Origin: Phoronis australis
Taxonomy: Eukaryota > Animalia > Phoronida
DNA length: 64,000 bases
Direction: 5' to 3'
Assembly (NCBI GenBank): GCA_002633005.1
Contig: NMRA01000232.1
Coordinates: 564,014-628,013, forward strand
The position numbers and the translations under genes were made by a program. This document shows, piece after piece, positions 1 through 13,000 of this stretch. The notes below the pieces were generated by a model. That model saw nothing but the letters and a program-made list of their open reading frames with translations, did no database searches and was not told where the DNA came from. Position 1 is the first letter of the stretch; the number at the start of each line of letters is the position of its first letter.

Positions 1-3000
1 CAAGGCTTGCACAAAAGGGGGCAGTGGCTTACACTCGTACTTGTGCCTGAAAGAAAAGGCAAATGTTTTACAATTCTAAGTTAAATCAACTTAAATCTAC
101 CAGGTTTTTTGAGTCAGACAGATCTTGCATTACTTTTTGATGCTATGTAAGTTTGCCAATAAACCTCTCTGAAAAGTCTACCACACAATTGGTGTCGCTA
201 GTGAAGTCGTTTACAGGAATATTGGTGCATGACTTTGTGAACAATATGGCCAAATACACCATGGTTAGCAAACTGCAATATTTATAATGTCTAGTGTGTC
301 TCCGATCACTGCAGCTAAACAAGGCAACAAAAATTTAGCGTCGCAAGACATTGTCACATTTGTTACAAGCATAAAAATCAATTAACAACATTTTAGAAGA
401 AAAAATTCACCCAAAACTAGTATTTGTTTAATATTCAGCGTACTAAATGCATGGAGATGACAAGTCAAAACACACCTGGCCCTAAGTGGTTTTATTCGTG
501 GCAGATTATGTGCACGTCTGATAATTACAGAGAGATCAACTAACCCCGGATTTGATTACTAACAGGATCAGTCTATTGCCTTTCAATTAAGTGCAAATTA
601 ATGGCACTCTTAAAACTACCATTTGTTCTAGGTGTATAAAATAAAAGACTTTCAACATACTGAGTTCAGTCAGTGCCTCACAAACATGAAATATTACTAA
701 AAAGGCATTAGTTGAGATGATCACAGCACTATGCAAGTGGTTAAAAGATTAAGAAATGCACAATGGCACAGACTGGGAGATTGGGAGGGGGGTGGTGTGT
801 CACTGAGTAAAGACAGCAAGGAAAGAGTGTGCAACCACTGCTGTCTGTACACAACCTTTTGCGTTTCTGTTTGCTATCCTTCTCAGGATCACCCACTGTA
901 GTTTGAGCAGCTGCCTGTAGGTGGCGGCTGACCCCGTTGGTGATGCCATTCGTTACGCCATTAGATGTCCCGCTCTTTGGCACGCTGAAGCCATTACTTC
1001 CTGTACTTACGACAGGCTTTTCTACAAGAAATGTAAAAAAACTAAGTGAATACAATATTGCTATCACACTCAGAGACTGTCTGTGATCATCACTGAAAGC
1101 AAAATAACTATAAATTGGCAGATCCCCTCCCCTTCATAATGAATAGTTTAAAAGTTCATTTTCCCACTTCAGTTCTGCACAATCTTGTACTGGGTTGTTT
1201 AGGTGGGAAAGAAGGATGTTATTTTGACCAGTCCTCCATCTAAATTCCCAGGTATAAGGTCAAACCGCAAATCAAGTCATTTTTGACATTACCGTTGTAC
1301 AGTTTAGTATGAATTCAAGACAAGTGTCTATGATTGTGTACTTGAGTATATTGCAGCTTAATCAGATTAGGTATTAGTCGACGTTTGCACTTCATGATCC
1401 CCGCAATTGAGCTACAGAACTGAGTTCAAACTCGAGATCTCAAGTTAAGATTCAAACTGATATCTGGGGTCATTAAGTGCAAACTAGGATTATTAGACAT
1501 TCATCCACATTAACCACAGTGTACTCAAGCACAGCAGTATTAAACACTTATTTTATATTGAATTTCTTAGTGAAGTGGAACAAGAAGTATCTAAAATATA
1601 TTGGAGTTCGTGCTCCAGTTCAGAGATAGGATTCTGAGCCCGAGAGAGAGAGAAGGGAGGGAGGCTCGGAGGGTAGGAAGGAGGGTGGCAGGGAGGGAGG
1701 GGGGAGAGGGGAGGTCAGGTTTTTAGCCCCTTAGCTTGGTCAAAGTTTGTGTATTATGGGTATATCTGTTATGTTGTGTATATAAAACAAAAAATGGTTT
1801 CATGTGTCTAGTGCAATGGGCCTGACAGAGGAGCCTGAGCACAACTGCCGCAACACGTATCACACCACCTGCACTATTTTTCTGTAAATCCTACTCACCA
1901 TCTTTGGTTGCCAATTCACTACTACTCTTCTGCTCAACAGGAATGTCCAGTTTAACTTTAGGATATCTTGACCTGTTGACATCGAACAAGTAGATCTGTT
2001 CGCCACCCAGGTTCACAAGCAGCTCAGCACCATTGGGACTGAACGTTAAGTAGGTAGATGCAAGGGTGCGATAACGTTTCTTGAAGTCTTGCTGCTTCTG
2101 TGGCAAGTGAGCTGCAAGATATCAAGCATTAGGAGATGGAGGGACTAAATTGTCCCCCTTAGACTCATCATGTAGAAATTTTAAGGTCATATTTTCATGT
2201 GGATCTAATAAGAATTTTTGTGTAAAGAAAAGTGGGATGAATAATTATCTCTGTAATATCTTTTAAAAAAATAAAAGAAAAAAAATCATCAGACAACAAA
2301 ATCACTAAATAATTTTCAAAGGAGAAAATATAGCTTTGAACTGAATTTCGTACTGAATATGATGTCGCTGCGACCTTGAAAAGGGCACCTGGAGATGGCA
2401 CATCCACACCTTGATGTAAAATATGATAATTATCCTTTGAGGTGTCGCGACAACATTTACTAATCTTGATTTGCTTGCTGTGACCTTAAGGATGAGCTCA
2501 AGATCATTAAATCCAACTCGCTTTTAGAACTGCCTCACATTACAAAATATGAACAAAATCTTAAAGTTCCTTCCTGAGATATTTCACCAACAATAATTTT
2601 CCAACTAAGTCAAAGCTTGACTTCCTTGTCACAATCTTCAAAATGGGGTCAAGGGCATCAAAATCAACTGGCATCTGGATACCTATCTACACCTTGGTTG
2701 AACTATGAATGTACCGGTAATCTATCTTCTCGAGACTTTAAACTGTGTGACACATTTTGATACTGGCTTAAAATCCTTGAATACCGATACATACCTTGTG
2801 AGTTAGCCACTCCAATTAAATCAATAAAATCATAAATCAGTGTTTGTCTAGCTTTTATTAATATAATTGAAGACAAATTGATAGAGACGCCAGAATAATA
2901 ATCCATGGAAAACAACTAGAATTCACTTGGAGAAAACAGATACAATACAATTTGTCAGATACAATACGATTTGCCAGATACAAACTCCTCTAGTACACCA

Positions 3001-6000
3001 CCCAGTCCAGGTACATATTCTGAAGACACAGCGCCCCCTATTATTAACATTCCCACAATCCTTGCTTCAAGCAGTCATGACACCCCAAATCCCATTAACA
3101 GACTAATCAAGACCCACAACATCCCCCATACTAACCAGGTACATAGTACTGCACTGCGTCCTGTGGTATTGCAAACTCCTCAGGTGAACAGAACTCTGTC
3201 AGTAGGTTCTGACGTTCCCATGGAGTTCTGAAAGAGAAATACCTAATCAGAGATTAATAAACCAAGGGACTCCAGTCGAAATCTACTACAAGGTCTTTCA
3301 GACAAGGAACAAATTACCCACAAAGCCTTAAAGCACTTCCCCAATCATTCTGCTGTACACTTAAATTTAAATGTACATTATTCATCTGTTCAGGTTGTGA
3401 TGTGTTACAATTATAACAGTTTGCACTCTTTGTTCCCAAATCCCCAAACACATTTTGTGGTTGGCAACATTAAGGTCCCAACCTTCCTGGATGGTTCAAG
3501 GTAAACAGCTGAAAAAGGGATGGGAACTAGCATGGAATGATCATCACTAGCAGTATTTGTAAATCCATTGATTATAAGACGTGTTGCCATTACCTTCCCC
3601 CATTCGATTCTCCAGGGAAATTGATACTTTTGCAGGACAGCATCCGTCTGTCATACAGGCGAACATAAGCATCATTAGCACCCACGGCCATCTGTTCAGG
3701 TCTGAGAGGATTAATGGCCAAACATTTGGCCTCAGCATATGAGCCTGCATGGGCCTTCAAATTGACTAGAACATTTCGGGGATTAGCACTGTTGGCGTCT
3801 TCTGGACAACGGATATCAAACTGCCTGCAAGTATTAGGCACAAGTGTTTAATAAGTCAAGTACATTTATAAGCAAAATTACAAGCAAATGAAAAAAATTT
3901 CTAAACTGTGCATGAAAACTCAGCAAGGCAAAGCTCAATAAAATATGGTTGACATTAACAACGTAATATAATTCCATTCCATCAAAAGAAGACACTCATA
4001 GGGTTAAAAAGCATGAATAGTGTTTAATGTAACATGGAGAAAAAAACATTGTGACAGAAAGCACTAAATTTTCTTACATGATTGGTCATTCAATACTTGT
4101 AAAACAAATGTTTGTTGGATATTTACTATTAAGGTAATAGCAAGTGAATAGAATTCAAGATGCTCGAGTGACAAGAAAGGAACCTAATGATCATGGCGCA
4201 AAACACGTTGGATACATTATTACAGAGATGTTATTATTTTTAAAACACTCACCTAGTGTGACATTTCTTGCAGGTCAAAACAAGACACAAGAGGCAACGT
4301 ATTAACTTATTCATGAAAAGATGTCATAACTGGAGACAGAGAAGCCACACTATGCACTAACCAAACAACAAAATGTTTTAGATTTTGGGATCATGTTACA
4401 ATGCCTCATTTTAAAAAGTCAGTTATCTTAAAGTGGAACTTGCACGCTAATTCTTTATCTCTGTGATTGCTTGGTCAAGCTAGTTAGAAACACAACATAT
4501 AGCGAAGATGTGAATATAAGGTAGGTTGAAAATTGCCATATGTTTTTAAGAAGGAGTTTTGCGTAGAAAATGATCGACCATGTCCAGTAAGTATCGTGAC
4601 ATGATGTTGGGGAATAACACTGCATGATGCAGGCTATGTGAGACCCCAAGGTACGTCATTAGTGCAAATGTCACTTATTTGGAAATTATTTTTGTTTTCA
4701 CATTTACAGGTCGTCAATGAATAGAACACTGTTGCATTTTATTTAGTATTAGATGATCATCAGATGGCATTGCCGTTCAGTTCCTGCTATTTTCATTTAA
4801 CATAGTTAGGAACATGCAAATGTATCTTTAACGTGAATTTTGGCTTGACGGTAAATAAAAGATTTTTGCAACTTACATTATAGTTCCATCTTCTGCGGAA
4901 CTCCAAAACATATTTGGTAAGGTAGGTGATACTGCAAGCCGTTTCACTCGACCAGCATGACAGCCAAACATGTGGGTAGTCTCCTTGACTGACAGATCAT
5001 GCACGCAAATCTTACAATCTGCAGCACCAGTGACCACTGTATTGTCATTAGTGTAAGGCAGGAACTGGAAAGAACAGAAACAGCAAATGTATGGTGAAGT
5101 AAAAGTTTTGATTGAAAACATCCTTTTACACTTGGTTGTACACATTTGGTCACTTAATGATACATTAGTAGTTGCATTCTGCACTGCTTAGCTGGCTAAG
5201 AATCAAAAATCAAATAATAGGCATTTCATTCTTCTAAACTAGGCTTGCTCTCAAGTTTTTGATCTATCCACATGTATTCAGCAGCCTGTAGCACACCCTT
5301 GACAAGGAGCGCATCGCTCGATACATGGGGATATTTTAATATATTTTAGTACCCACCTTCGTCATTTCAGTTTTAATAGTTTTACTATTTCAACTTTTCT
5401 GTAAGACTTGTTTGCTGTTGCCAATAACAACATATAAACTGTACCTCAACCGGTCAGAAAAAGGCATAGCCCAGAAAATGGTCTTCAAGTTTTAATTGGG
5501 GTTGGCCAACCATGAAATTCAAAAATGGGGAGCAGGGCAATTTGCATAGAAAATAGGTCAGTCAGGTGTTCATGCATACAAGACTGAAGACCCCAGTTGA
5601 CCTACTTAGTGAGTTGTAATGTTTTGTTCGCGTGACCAGAATTAAGTGTATTTCATGAAGATAGCGTAGATCTCAACATCAGGAGATCCCTCGACAAGTA
5701 CTCTGTACTGCTGGCTCATGTGTAACACTTAGAATTTCACATACTGGCTCATACCGCACTCATCCAGTGTTGCTTAGTAAGCAAGCCGAATTTTGTGAAA
5801 CACAGCTGAGTACTTACAAAAAACAACAGAACACTTTTTACTATTTCAGTCTGTGGTCAGCCTCAGAATCATGGCGGAGTGCATAATTCAACATGACTGA
5901 GATGCAATCTTAACGACTTCATGGACTGGACAGTTATTATCACCGATTTGTGTAGGCTAGTATATTGAAACAGCAAAAACGAAACAAACCTCTCGATTCG

Positions 6001-9000
6001 TTAGGCAAATCTTATCTTAACGCCATTAGCTCAACGGGTATGGGCATAAAATTGCATGCAATTTGATGAACAAAAACAGATTTGCTCAGAATTTTAAACC
6101 ATCTGACTACTCACTATACTCAGTGTGGTCTATCATGACAAAATGGCACATGATGACAGAAATTTCTTGCCTTGGAGAACATATGATGTCATAGAAAAAT
6201 AATATGAGGAATTGACCCAATGTCGCAGTCCATCACTCTATTATTTGCTTTCTAAATAAGATGTAGCCATCATAATTTCTTGGAGCTACCACAAGGAAAA
6301 ACTTTGAATTCACATTTTCCCAGTCGGTAACATGGTTGCGAACAGCGCAATGGTCTGTGATGGCCTATCTGTTCACAGATTGTATGTATTGAGTTATTGT
6401 ATGCCTGTCTCGTCTATGTTCACCAAGATGGGGATTCAAGCCAGCACATTTTCACATGGAATGTTACAGATAAACAACCCGGGTATGGTCCCAGGGCACC
6501 ACTTGTCCTTAGAATGGACCAGCACCCTATGCAAAGTAAATAGCAGATTCAAAGCCGCATCAGTGGTATGTTCCTGGAAAATATGCAAGTACTGTTCCAA
6601 AGTTCCTTGACACAGGGGGAGATGAAATTATCCAGTGAAATACTTTGAGTGTTCATTAGTGACATGTAATTATCATAATAACTTGGTCACTGACCTCAAA
6701 GCTGAAAATTGACTGGTTACGGCACATCCAAGCCATACATGTACATCTCTTCATCAACGTTTAACACCATTTTGACAAAATCCCCCGAAAAAAATATCTC
6801 ATCACAATCAAAATGGCCATCCAGAAATCAACTGGTAATGGTGAAGCTTCCCATATCCCCGTGCATCAAGAATCATCAAAATATGTCTAAGAAGATAATC
6901 AGTTCAGTTGTCAAATAGGGCATCCAATAATCAACTGCATGGCGGTGCATTCCTACCAAAGACCTCTGCATCAAATTCATTTAAAATCTGTTAAGTCTTC
7001 TTGACAATAATCAACAAACAAGCTGCAATAACTTGTAAAAAAGTAGGCAACTAAATCCATTTCGCAATTCCTAGATTTTATGAATTAATTTTATCAAGGA
7101 ACCACACATAATCGCACATTATGAGAATTCAAACTTCCATGTAACAACAGTGGATTGCATTAATGTTAAAAATGAGCACTCTACCTTGACAGAAAATATA
7201 TTGCCGTTGTGGTTTGTCCTCATGGAGGTAAGCTGTCGGTGAGTGAATGGGTCCCACAGTATTACCTGAACATCGTCAGAGCCACTGGCCAGAATGGTGC
7301 CTCTCTGGTTCCATTCTAGGCAGTTGACACAACCGCTGTGACCCTAGAAAAACACAATAAATAAGTTCTTCACTGCACTTATTATGAAGTAAATCAATGG
7401 TGACTGATGTGTGAAAGGCAAACCAAGATCTTTGGTTCCATCTTTCGAATGAGAAATGATGACTTTTCTATGCTAATCACTCTTTCATCCTCTTCAAATA
7501 TAAAGAAAATATGATAAAGAAAATAATAACAGTTGCTATGATTACAGAACCACATATTAATAAACTGTTTGTCAGAACATTTTGTCATAACAAACTACAG
7601 CCCGTTTCAAACCCGCACATCAAAAAGGCCTTCTGATCGAGACATGAAAAACTAAGACAGAAAAAATCAAATGTTCAGATGTGCGCAGAACGGCATCGCA
7701 ATTCAGCTCAGTCTGCAAAAGGTCTCCTGTATGGACCGGATGTAGAAGTCACCTTACAACAAAACAGTGTGTTTTTGTCCCACTATGCAAGACTAGAATA
7801 AATGTCTATTTAAGACAACAATGAAAGCATTTTATTATAAACACCCTCTCTTGTACACAACATTGATTGAAGACACATCAGCCTATTGTTACTGATCAGC
7901 ACAACATTACTCTATGAAAGGCTGCATGAATTGTACTATAATTATAAACAGGTTGTAATGAGACAACACTGTCCTGTATTCAACCAATTTTAAGGCAACA
8001 ATCAAAGAAACACTGTCAATTCTTACAGTGAATCAATTATGCATTTCAGAAATCCAATCTTGGAAAATGAACCTTTTCTTGAAATTCCTTGACAATAATA
8101 ACTATAAATAAAGCAGCCATCACAAAAAACAGCTTTCGATTTGGGCAACTTACTGTTATGAAACTGGTCTAAAATTGTTCCTTAGTTATCAGACTAGAGA
8201 GAATTCGGGACTTCAAAAGAAGAGACCCTTTGTTATTGTTCAAGGCCAGGCTTGACAAACTGGCATGTCATGGCACGTATTTTCTGAACCGAACATGGTC
8301 TCAAGGAATAAAAAAACTTTCATCTCCGTTCTTCACAAACCCAGAACTCGCTTATCATCTGGGTAAGGAACAAGCTGAGACCAACTTTATAAGGGTAAGT
8401 GGTCTAAATCAAAAGTTAGATTCTTTGAAGGAATGCGAGTTTGTAGACATTTTTAGTCAGTTGTAGGCATGGACTGTACAGCATTGTTGTCAACAACTCG
8501 AAGCAAATAAGACTCAATTTTCAATACACTTAAAAATGTAAATTTAAGAAATTATTCACTCTCAATTTGAAAATTATTTACCTTAAAAAATCAGAAACTA
8601 TTAAGAAATAGCACCATTTGACAGCATTACCTCTAATTCACACTCCAAACCAATGCGCCTCACAAGGCTAGATGTCACATGGTGATGCCGTTGGTAAGAT
8701 ATACCCAAACCATCCTGAAACGGTGATACGAATTAAAGTCATGTAGAGCACCATCCACATAATCATTAAAAACCTTGGAAGAAACATCCATTGAGGATCA
8801 TTTCCATCTTTCAATAAATTATTATACACCAATCAAACAGTTATTTGCAAAATGGCCACCGAACAATCTACTCAGAAACAAACATCTGCATGAGCTACCC
8901 ATATCTACGAACATGTGACAGTGAAAAGTTCCTTATTTTGCTCAAGGTCGGAGTTGTACCAAATTTATACGCAACATTCGCCATCCTATTGTTCATTTAC

Positions 9001-9535
9001 CTTGATATTATGTAGTATGGGAAGCTGTAGCAGTGGCTGTTTTTTGATGATTTATGAACTGTCAAGTCTATTTTCATAGAAACCTCTTTGAAACAAAAGG
9101 CAGAAATGAGATCAACACCAAGATCAACCATGTCCCAAAGATATGCAGAATCAAGATTTTGGGGTCCAAAATATTAGATATTGTTTCAAACTGAAGTCAT
9201 TACAATAAAACATTTTCGACTTAAATGTTATGATATCTTAATAGGTAAAAGTGGAGTAAATTGTATTGAGGCCCTCATCAAAATGGCAGCCGTTTTCACT
9301 GAATAACGACAATGTCCCTTATTCAGTGAAACTGGTTCCCAATCGCCATTTTGAAGAACTAAGGACCCGTTTACTCCAGTTTTACTTCTTAATGGACACT
9401 GACATCAACATTTGAGCATAAAAACTTCAAATGAGATTTAAATTTACAACCAAAATTTAACCCAATTTTATGTAAAATACACACCACAGACTCTCTCCAA
9501 TGGGAATCTCTTACTAAGTTATTAAGAGAATACAT
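1..9535 (-). CDS. WDTC1: WD and tetratricopeptide repeats protein 1 (DCAF9/adipose), 5' portion, 9 coding exons, continues beyond the left edge
   Basis: Minus-strand exons with GT-AG boundaries, in frame: 9485-9535 (MYSLNNLVRDSHWRESV), 8631-8714 (..HHVTSSLVRRIGLECELE), 7185-7343 (GHSGCVNCLEWNQRGTILASGSDD..NIFSVK), 4877-5064 (FLPYTND..GAADCKICVHDL..RVKRLA..FWSSAEDGTI), 3594-3824 (QFDIR..EAKCLAINP..AVGANDAYVRLYDRR), 3136-3227 (..PQDAVQYYVP), 1899-2111 (HLPQ..STYLTFSPNGAELLVNLGGEQIYLFD), 856-1021 (NG-repeat linker), 1-46 (KPLPPFVQAL, approaching the TPR region). About 410 codons in the window. Motifs match vertebrate WDTC1 as I recall it. Confidence 0.95.
1260..1615. mobile_element. Degenerate foldback element/MITE in a WDTC1 intron
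   Basis: Imperfect inverted arms, e.g. gtttgcacttcatgatcccc (~1383) vs ggggtcattaagtgcaaac (~1466), and tgtgtacttgagta vs tactcaagcaca. Ends are approximate. Confidence 0.5.
1642..1714 (+). repeat. GA/GGGA-rich polypurine low-complexity tract
   Basis: gagagagagagaagggagggaggctcggagggtaggaaggagggtggcagggagggagggggagagggg. Confidence 0.7.
4428..4831 (+). mobile_element. Dispersed ~400-bp non-autonomous element, copy 1 (TTAA-bounded, Kolobok-like)
   Basis: Collinear with 21384-21758 (shared ctctgtgattgcttg..tagttagaaacacaac..gaccatgtccagtaagtatcgtgac..ggggaataacactgc..tacgtcattagtgcaaa). Begins ttaaag and ends ctttaa, with weak terminal inverted similarity. The superfamily call is inference. 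Confidence 0.65.
9215..9430. repeat. Long imperfect palindrome (foldback MITE) in WDTC1 intron 1
   Basis: Nested inverted pairs: gtaaaagtggagtaaa/tttactccagttttac, caaaatggc/gccattttg, tttcactgaataa/ttattcagtgaaa. Confidence 0.6.
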
Positions 9536-10087
9536 GGTCGAGTAATTGGCAGAGGGCAATTTGTCTAGATTATTTCTAAAGCAGACACATCACTGGGACT
9601 TTTAGTCAAATAAAGTATGAGATCCAAGAAAGGCGCAAGTCCAATATCAATTTTCATTCGATATTTCTCCCGTTCCCGGCACTATCACAGTCTCACAGCC
9701 GTTATTTGCGTTTCTTGTACACGAAATCAGTCTCTAGCCCCCTTAAGGTTGGGAGTGTTAAATCTTAAGTTTAAGTCATTTTAAAAACGCAATATTTGTA
9801 TCCTCGCGATTTCTTTTACACGATACAAAACAAAACAATGCGCAACTTCGTGGTGTCCATCAAGTTGTTTGTGTCCAGTGTGCAGATCAAGTAACTAAGT
9901 GATGAAAATATTTTTGTACAAGTTAAATTGTTATGCGACAAACATTCTAGCATCTTGTATGGAAGATGTCGGGACCACGAGTTAGAATATCTTACATGAT
10001 TTTTACAAAAGAGGACAAAGGTTAAGAATGTCGAAGTTTGGTCTTCCTTGGACAAATTTTGCGACAATTAGACTGAGTTACGGTAAT
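9536..10087. promoter_or_regulatory. Putative bidirectional promoter between WDTC1 and PAAF1
   Basis: Divergent start codons at 9535 (-) and 10088 (+) are separated by 552 bp. The region is locally CpG-richer and has a CTCGCGA core at ~9803. Confidence 0.6.
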
Positions 10088-13000
10088 ATGGCCGCGCGCA
10101 GCAGACTAATTTTGCAGAGTGACTGGGGTGATGTTCTAAGGTTAATTACAACTCTCTGAGTTGTTTTTCAAACCTCCACTACTTATTCTAAAATTTCAAA
10201 TGGGTTGAGATATCGGTTTATTGAGATATTTTTTTGTATTTTCAGGGATCTAAACGGTAAAGCATGGGTAACCTTTTCTTCGTCAGGTGAGATCAGTTTA
10301 TCTGTTGAATTTAAGACATAAATTAAGAACCTATTTAACCGACAACCTTAACAATATATGCAACCATTACAAAAAACTGAGTCCCGTTTGGTTTCAAATC
10401 CATATGACAGTATTTTCCAAATAAGAATCCATATCTCAGTCTAGTCAATTGTTGTAAAACGTTTGACTCCCTACAATTACATGGCTCCGACATAGGTCGG
10501 AAGTGACCAGTGTCTCTACCGCTAGTACTGGCCTTAGTCGTAGTCTCATAGAGACGTTGAAGCTCCTATAGGGCAAATTATGCCTCGCTCTGATTAAAAC
10601 ATCAAAGTCATGTTTGTTGCAATAAGTACCTTTTGCGTATAGAGGGACAATATGAGGCCATCGGCGTCAATGTCTTAGTTCCAACTCAAACAAATACTCC
10701 CAAACTTTTGAGGCTTATCTCCTGGTGCACGCAGTGTTAAAAATGGCTAGTTGCCAATTTGGGCAACTGAACGAAGGACTTCTCAACCCAAATTAATATA
10801 CGAAAAGTGTCCACAGCCACAACTGCTTTTGCTGGTCATCTCACTTTGATATCTAACGTCCCGCAACGTAGAGTGATTCCCCAGAATAATTTCAGTGTCC
10901 GCGACATAAGTTATTTTCTCTCACCGCTTTATATGGGAGAAGCAATATCCCACTCAAGGGTTAAAATGTCAACTGTCCAAGTTTCAGCATCTCGGCTCAT
11001 TCAAAAGACGATCAGTCTGATCTCTTATAGGTTAGCCTAGGATCCAGTTCCCTGTTGCATGAAACAAACTCGCAAGCAGGGACTTATCTAAGTTCGCTAA
11101 ATCTTCCGCATACTTATGTACTTATGAAAACACTGATTGTTTTTTATTATGCTGTTTGAGTTCCATTACTTTAATTTTGGCCCCAATTTTAAAAAATGGG
11201 TTAACATTCTCTATAACAACCCCACTTCCTGTGTCATTACCGATGGCCTGTCCACTGACTATGTTGAACTAAAAGAGTTGTCTGACAAGGAGATGCGACT
11301 CATTGTCAGGTCAGTTTCTGTTTATGTGTCAATGTATTGGCGAATTATAAATTAGAAATAGTAATTTAATCTGTATTAATTTTGGAGGAAATGAATTTAA
11401 GGTATTACAATATGCTGACCGTACAACAATATTTCTTCAAGACAAGACATTGGGCTTCAATTTACTAGATTTCCTTCAGAGTTTTGGAGAAGCGTCGATA
11501 AAGTTAAATCCAAATAAGTGTGAAGGCCTCCATCTTGGCAAGGATAAGGAATGCAGTGAAATTTTGTATAACTTTAAATGGTCTGGAAAGCCAATCAAGT
11601 GTTTGGGCATTTATTTTGGACACAATAAGGAAAAAACAATATGTCCGTCATTGTGATGACAAAAAAATCAAAAAACATCAGATATATGGAAAAGCTGCAG
11701 AGTAATTCTTAAAAGAAATGTGCTCGTTCAATTTCTGATTTCTTGATTCAAGGTTGTGCGTTTACAGTGCTAAACTGCACAATATACAGCAAAGTGAGGT
11801 GATCAAAACCTTTGCTATGTGTAAAATAATTTATGTTATGAATACCTTAGCTAAGCTTCCTAACAAAAGGCAGGAGATAAATAATATTATTCAGGGTTTC
11901 ATCTGGCTAAATGTACCCCCGAGAGTTAGAAGAGATATTGCTGTAAATAGTAGGGAAATATAAAGTCGTTGTTGATTAAATGGAATAAACATTTTTAGAA
12001 GGAAAAAATAAAGAATGGGATATATTTCCTAAATATGTTTATAGAAAGTATGGAGGTTGTTTAAATCCATTGTCTCATTCATAAAAAAGTTTATACAAAA
12101 TGATTGTATTTTTAAGAAAATGAAAATAGTTGAAAATGACAAAATTGCTCATTTTGTATACTTGTAGAAACTTTTAATCACTTGTTTTTGGAATGTGAAC
12201 ATGTACTTTATTTTTGGAATGAATTACAAAGTTTAACACAGATTTCAAATTAACATTGTTGAAGCTAACCTGTTACGGACTGAAAAGCGTGTCCTGCTAT
12301 TTGCATACCTTGGGGATCATTGTTTTGAAATTAATCATATATTGACTTAAGCTCAGTACTTCATACTTGTTCCAAGTCTTCATGTATTCCTGTACTTAAG
12401 AGATTTCACACCCAATTTTATTTGGCATATTGTCAAGACATGGAAAAGTATGAAATATCACCCCCGGACTTGCTGGGTGTTTTTGAAACCCTTATACATT
12501 CAGTATAAATTCAAGCAGAGCTGGAATGTGTGAATGTGAGAGTGAATGTGTTTTAATTTGTCTTTTCTACTGTATTCCATTGTTAACTTCTGTTTCTGAA
12601 AATAAACTTAAAAATGGTTAGGAAAAACAAGATAATTTTTTTCTTTGATACAAATCAAGATTGTTAATTAAATCAGTTTTTGGCCACAATAAAATTAAAA
12701 ACTGTTTGATCGCCATACAATATTTTAAAGTTCATGTTCAACATTTCATCTTTTCATTAGACATCATCAGGATCATATATACAACAATTATAACAATTAT
12801 ATAGGCAGTATATAGGCATTGTATTACCTACAATCACCAAGCCAACTCAGTATTATCTGCAGAGAACCTAATAAGGAGTTACTGTACATTAACCCTTATC
12901 CTGCTGAGCCTCTATTCAGACTACTTTCCCTGTGTGCTGAGCTAAGTAGGTCACCACTACTGCTGTGCACTAAGCTGTTATGGAGGTCACCCAGACTAAT

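Noticed and set aside
3484-3509. Candidate 26-nt WDTC1 exon with AG/GT flanks
   Set aside because: It introduces an in-frame TGA and breaks the phase. Exons 3594 and 3227 join cleanly without it.
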